Source: a bacterium (GTDB lineage: Bacteria > Desulfobacterota > DSWW01). Taken from it: DNA of 29,734 bases. The position numbers were made by a program, and so were the translations under genes. Under the pieces are notes generated by a model. It was not told the origin of the DNA and did not search any database. It saw nothing but the letters and a program-made list of their open reading frames with translations. The stretch lies in assembly GCA_040756235.1 (NCBI GenBank), contig JBFLZG010000108.1:1-29734 (forward strand), given 5' to 3'. Shown here one piece after another: positions 27,807 through 29,734 of this stretch; the first letter of the stretch is position 1, and every line of letters begins with the position of its first letter.

Positions 27807-28775
27807 TCATCCGGGGGCGGCCGGCAGGGCCTGGAAGCGGGCTCCCTGTCGGCTGCCCCTGCGGGCGAGCTCCCCCTGGATGTCCCCCAGGATCTGCGTC
27901 TTGGTCCGGCCCCAGTGCGGGGCCAGGAGCAGCGCCGCGGGCGCCTCGCCCACCAGCCGCTGGATCGTGAGCTTCCAGGGGATGAGCTCGAGGAAATCGC
28001 ACACGCAGCCCAGATAATCCGCATACTCCAGAGGCCGGTACGCGCCTTTGAGGTACTCGTCTGCGAGCGGCGTGCCCCGGACCACGTGGCCGTGGTGGAT
28101 CTTGACGCCGTGAAGGGGAAGGCCGGAAAGAAACCGCGCCGTCCCCATCATTTCCTCGTGCCCTTCCCCGGGCAGACCGAGGATCACGTGCGTGCAGATC
28201 TTGAGATCCGGCCTCCTCGCCGTCTCCTCCACGGCTTGGACGAAGGCCGCGACGGTGTGGCCCCGCCGGATCCTCTCCAGGGTCTTGTCCGAGGCGCTCT
28301 GCAGGCCGTACTCTATCCACACCTCATAGTCCGCGCAATAAGATCCCAGCAGATCCAGCACTGCGCCGTCCACGCAGTCCGGCCGGGTCCCCACGGCCAG
28401 AACGCGGATCTCCGGGAACCTCCGGATCACGTCGTAGCGCTCCTTGAGGACCCGCACCGGGCCGTAGGTGTTGCTGAAGGCCTGAAAGTAGGCGATGAAC
28501 CCCGCGGCGCGGGGCCGGCGGCGGCTCGCCTGAGCGAGGCGGATGCCGCGGGCGAGCTGCTCCTCGAGAGGGAGCGGGTCCGCTCCGGAGCCGGGGCTGA
28601 AGGCCTCGTTGGCGCAGTAGATGCAGCCCGAACCCTGGCGGCCGGTCGGCCCGCCGCCGCGGTGCGGGCAGCCGAAGCCCGCATCGAGGGGGATCCTCCG
28701 GATCCGGCCCCCGAAGCGCTCGCGCAGGTACGCGCTGAAGGCGTGATAGCGAACGGGCTCGGGCCCGCTGCCCAA
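27807..28775 (-). CDS. TIGR01212 family (YhcC-like) radical SAM protein
   Basis: 'DAGFGCPHR.....GCIYC', 'YFQAFSNTY', 'GTRPDC', 'EYGLQSA', 'I.RGH', 'HVILGLPGE', 'GVKIH'. Start uncertain: TTG 28775 preferred because the ATG at 28889 lies within a repeat. Confidence 0.88.
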   Translation of the reverse strand: MGSGPEPVRYHAFSAYLRERFGGRIRRIPLDAGFGCPHRGGGPTGRQGSGCIYCANEAFSPGSGADPLPLEEQLARGIRLAQASRRRPRAAGFIAYFQAFSNTYGPVRVLKERYDVIRRFPEIRVLAVGTRPDCVDGAVLDLLGSYCADYEVWIEYGLQSASDKTLERIRRGHTVAAFVQAVEETARRPDLKICTHVILGLPGEGHEEMMGTARFLSGLPLHGVKIHHGHVVRGTPLADEYLKGAYRPLEYADYLGCVCDFLELIPWKLTIQRLVGEAPAALLLAPHWGRTKTQILGDIQGELARRGSRQGARFQALPAAPG

Positions 28776-28828
28776 CGTATGGCTCTTATTGGAGGAGACG
28801 TGAGGCGAGCAAGCCGACCCTGTGTCTA

Positions 28829-28935
28829 TTTCTTTGCCCCCCTTTGAAAAAGGGGGGATAGGGGGGATTTTCGAGCTCGGCTTTTTCATCCAAGAATCCC
28901 CCCAAGCCCCCCTTTTACGAAAGGGGGGCGAAGAG
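28829..28935. repeat. Double stem-loop repeat, family B, copy 2
   Basis: Reverse complement aligns with 12568-12667 across both hairpins and the spacer. Confidence 0.85.
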
Positions 28936-29000
28936 TTCGCAGCCGGCGCGTCCGCGGTTCCCCCTTTTTCAACATCCCCGCGAAAGAGGGGTGAAAAGAC

Positions 29001-29543
29001 TCAGCACCCCCGGGTCGTCAGCTCCGGATTGCGCGAGCGGATGGTCAGGATGAGCTCGTGGAGGCCGTCGATGTGGTTGAGCAGGAGCAGGCTCTTCCTG
29101 CGGGACGTCTGGATCTTCAGGTAGCTGGGGTAAAGGGTCGATACCTGCAGGGCCGAGACCTCGCCGCAGGGGATCCGAACGGTCCGGAACAGAGATTGGA
29201 CGTTCAGGTGGCCGTCCTCCTCGCAACGGATCCTGAGCGGCATGGCGAGCAGGAAGGCCCAGTACCTGAGGAGCGCTGCCGCCCACATTCCGAGCAGCGC
29301 CAGCATGACCCAGTCCTTGGTCCGCAACCCCATGGGTACCAGCAGGAAGAGCAGGAACAGGCCCGCGGCCGTGAGCGCCAGAAGAAAGACCAGGCGGTAC
29401 ACGAGGGAAGCCGTGGACACACGAAAGGTCTTGCCGGCGGTCGCAGAAGGAGCCCTCCTCTGCGCGGGGTCCTGCTCCCCGCGATTCTCCGTGCTCCCCG
29501 GCCGGTCGCCTGGCGCTGCCGTTGCGGTCTCCGGTTCTTCCAA
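29001..29543 (-). CDS. Hypothetical membrane protein (2 TM + small, possibly PH-like, domain)
   Basis: TTG start with GGGGAG RBS. Two hydrophobic segments, then a beta-rich 'LNVQSLFRTVRIP..EV' region. Confidence 0.6.
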   Translation of the reverse strand: MEEPETATAAPGDRPGSTENRGEQDPAQRRAPSATAGKTFRVSTASLVYRLVFLLALTAAGLFLLFLLVPMGLRTKDWVMLALLGMWAAALLRYWAFLLAMPLRIRCEEDGHLNVQSLFRTVRIPCGEVSALQVSTLYPSYLKIQTSRRKSLLLLNHIDGLHELILTIRSRNPELTTRGC

Positions 29544-29649
29544 CGCTGCTCCCCCGGTTCTGCATCCGCCCGCTAGGAAGCCTATCAGAAGCCGCGCTAG
29601 GCGCGCAAGGAGAATGAGCTTTCCCTGAGCCGCGAGTGAGTCGCGGCCT

Positions 29650-29734
29650 CCGGGGGGGGCCCCCGCGGGGGGGGGGGGCCCCCCCCCCCCCCCCCCCCGC
29701 CGCCCCCCCCCCCCCCCCCCCCCCCCCGGGGGAA
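29650..29734. other. Low-complexity poly-G/poly-C tract, probable contig-end artefact
   Basis: Long homopolymer G then C runs at the window end, unlike the rest of the sequence. Confidence 0.6.

Noticed and set aside
27807..28775. Radical SAM gene as the GRE activase
   Set aside because: Motifs are TIGR01212-type (long first Cys spacing, GTRPD, RGH), not the 'GCPLRC.WC.NPE' activase pattern.
29650..29734. G-quadruplex or phase-variable homopolymer tract
   Set aside because: Located at the sequence end and typical of low-quality assembly; needs read-level confirmation.

Overview
GC-rich bacterial DNA; gene content and repeat types suggest an anaerobic deltaproteobacterium-like organism (inference). 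The left 17 kb looks like a divergent catabolic locus. On the minus strand, a PAS-PAS-GAF sigma54 activator gene is followed by a visible enhancer (tandem palindromes), an IHF-like site and a -24/-12 promoter. These precede a PaaK-family CoA ligase, an uncharacterised His/Cys-rich protein, a SnoaL/LinA-like NTF2 protein and a YCF48-RND-DUF1302-DUF1329 envelope module. On the plus strand, an acyl-CoA synthetase is followed by a glycyl radical enzyme with an atypical thiyl loop (GCVYME) and no activase in the window. An apparently intact IS1634-family element follows. The right part encodes a sigma54-preceded Cys-rich lipoprotein, a ferredoxin-nitroreductase, a TMEM68-like acyltransferase, a large S8/FG-GAP surface protein with altered catalytic motifs, a CrtI-like oxidoreductase, a TIGR01212 radical SAM protein and a small membrane protein. 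Three families of palindromic intergenic repeats (two copies each) and a candidate ~180-bp MITE are present. No rRNA, tRNA or CRISPR array was seen. The last ~85 nt are low-complexity G/C runs. All family calls are from motif recognition by eye, not database searches.
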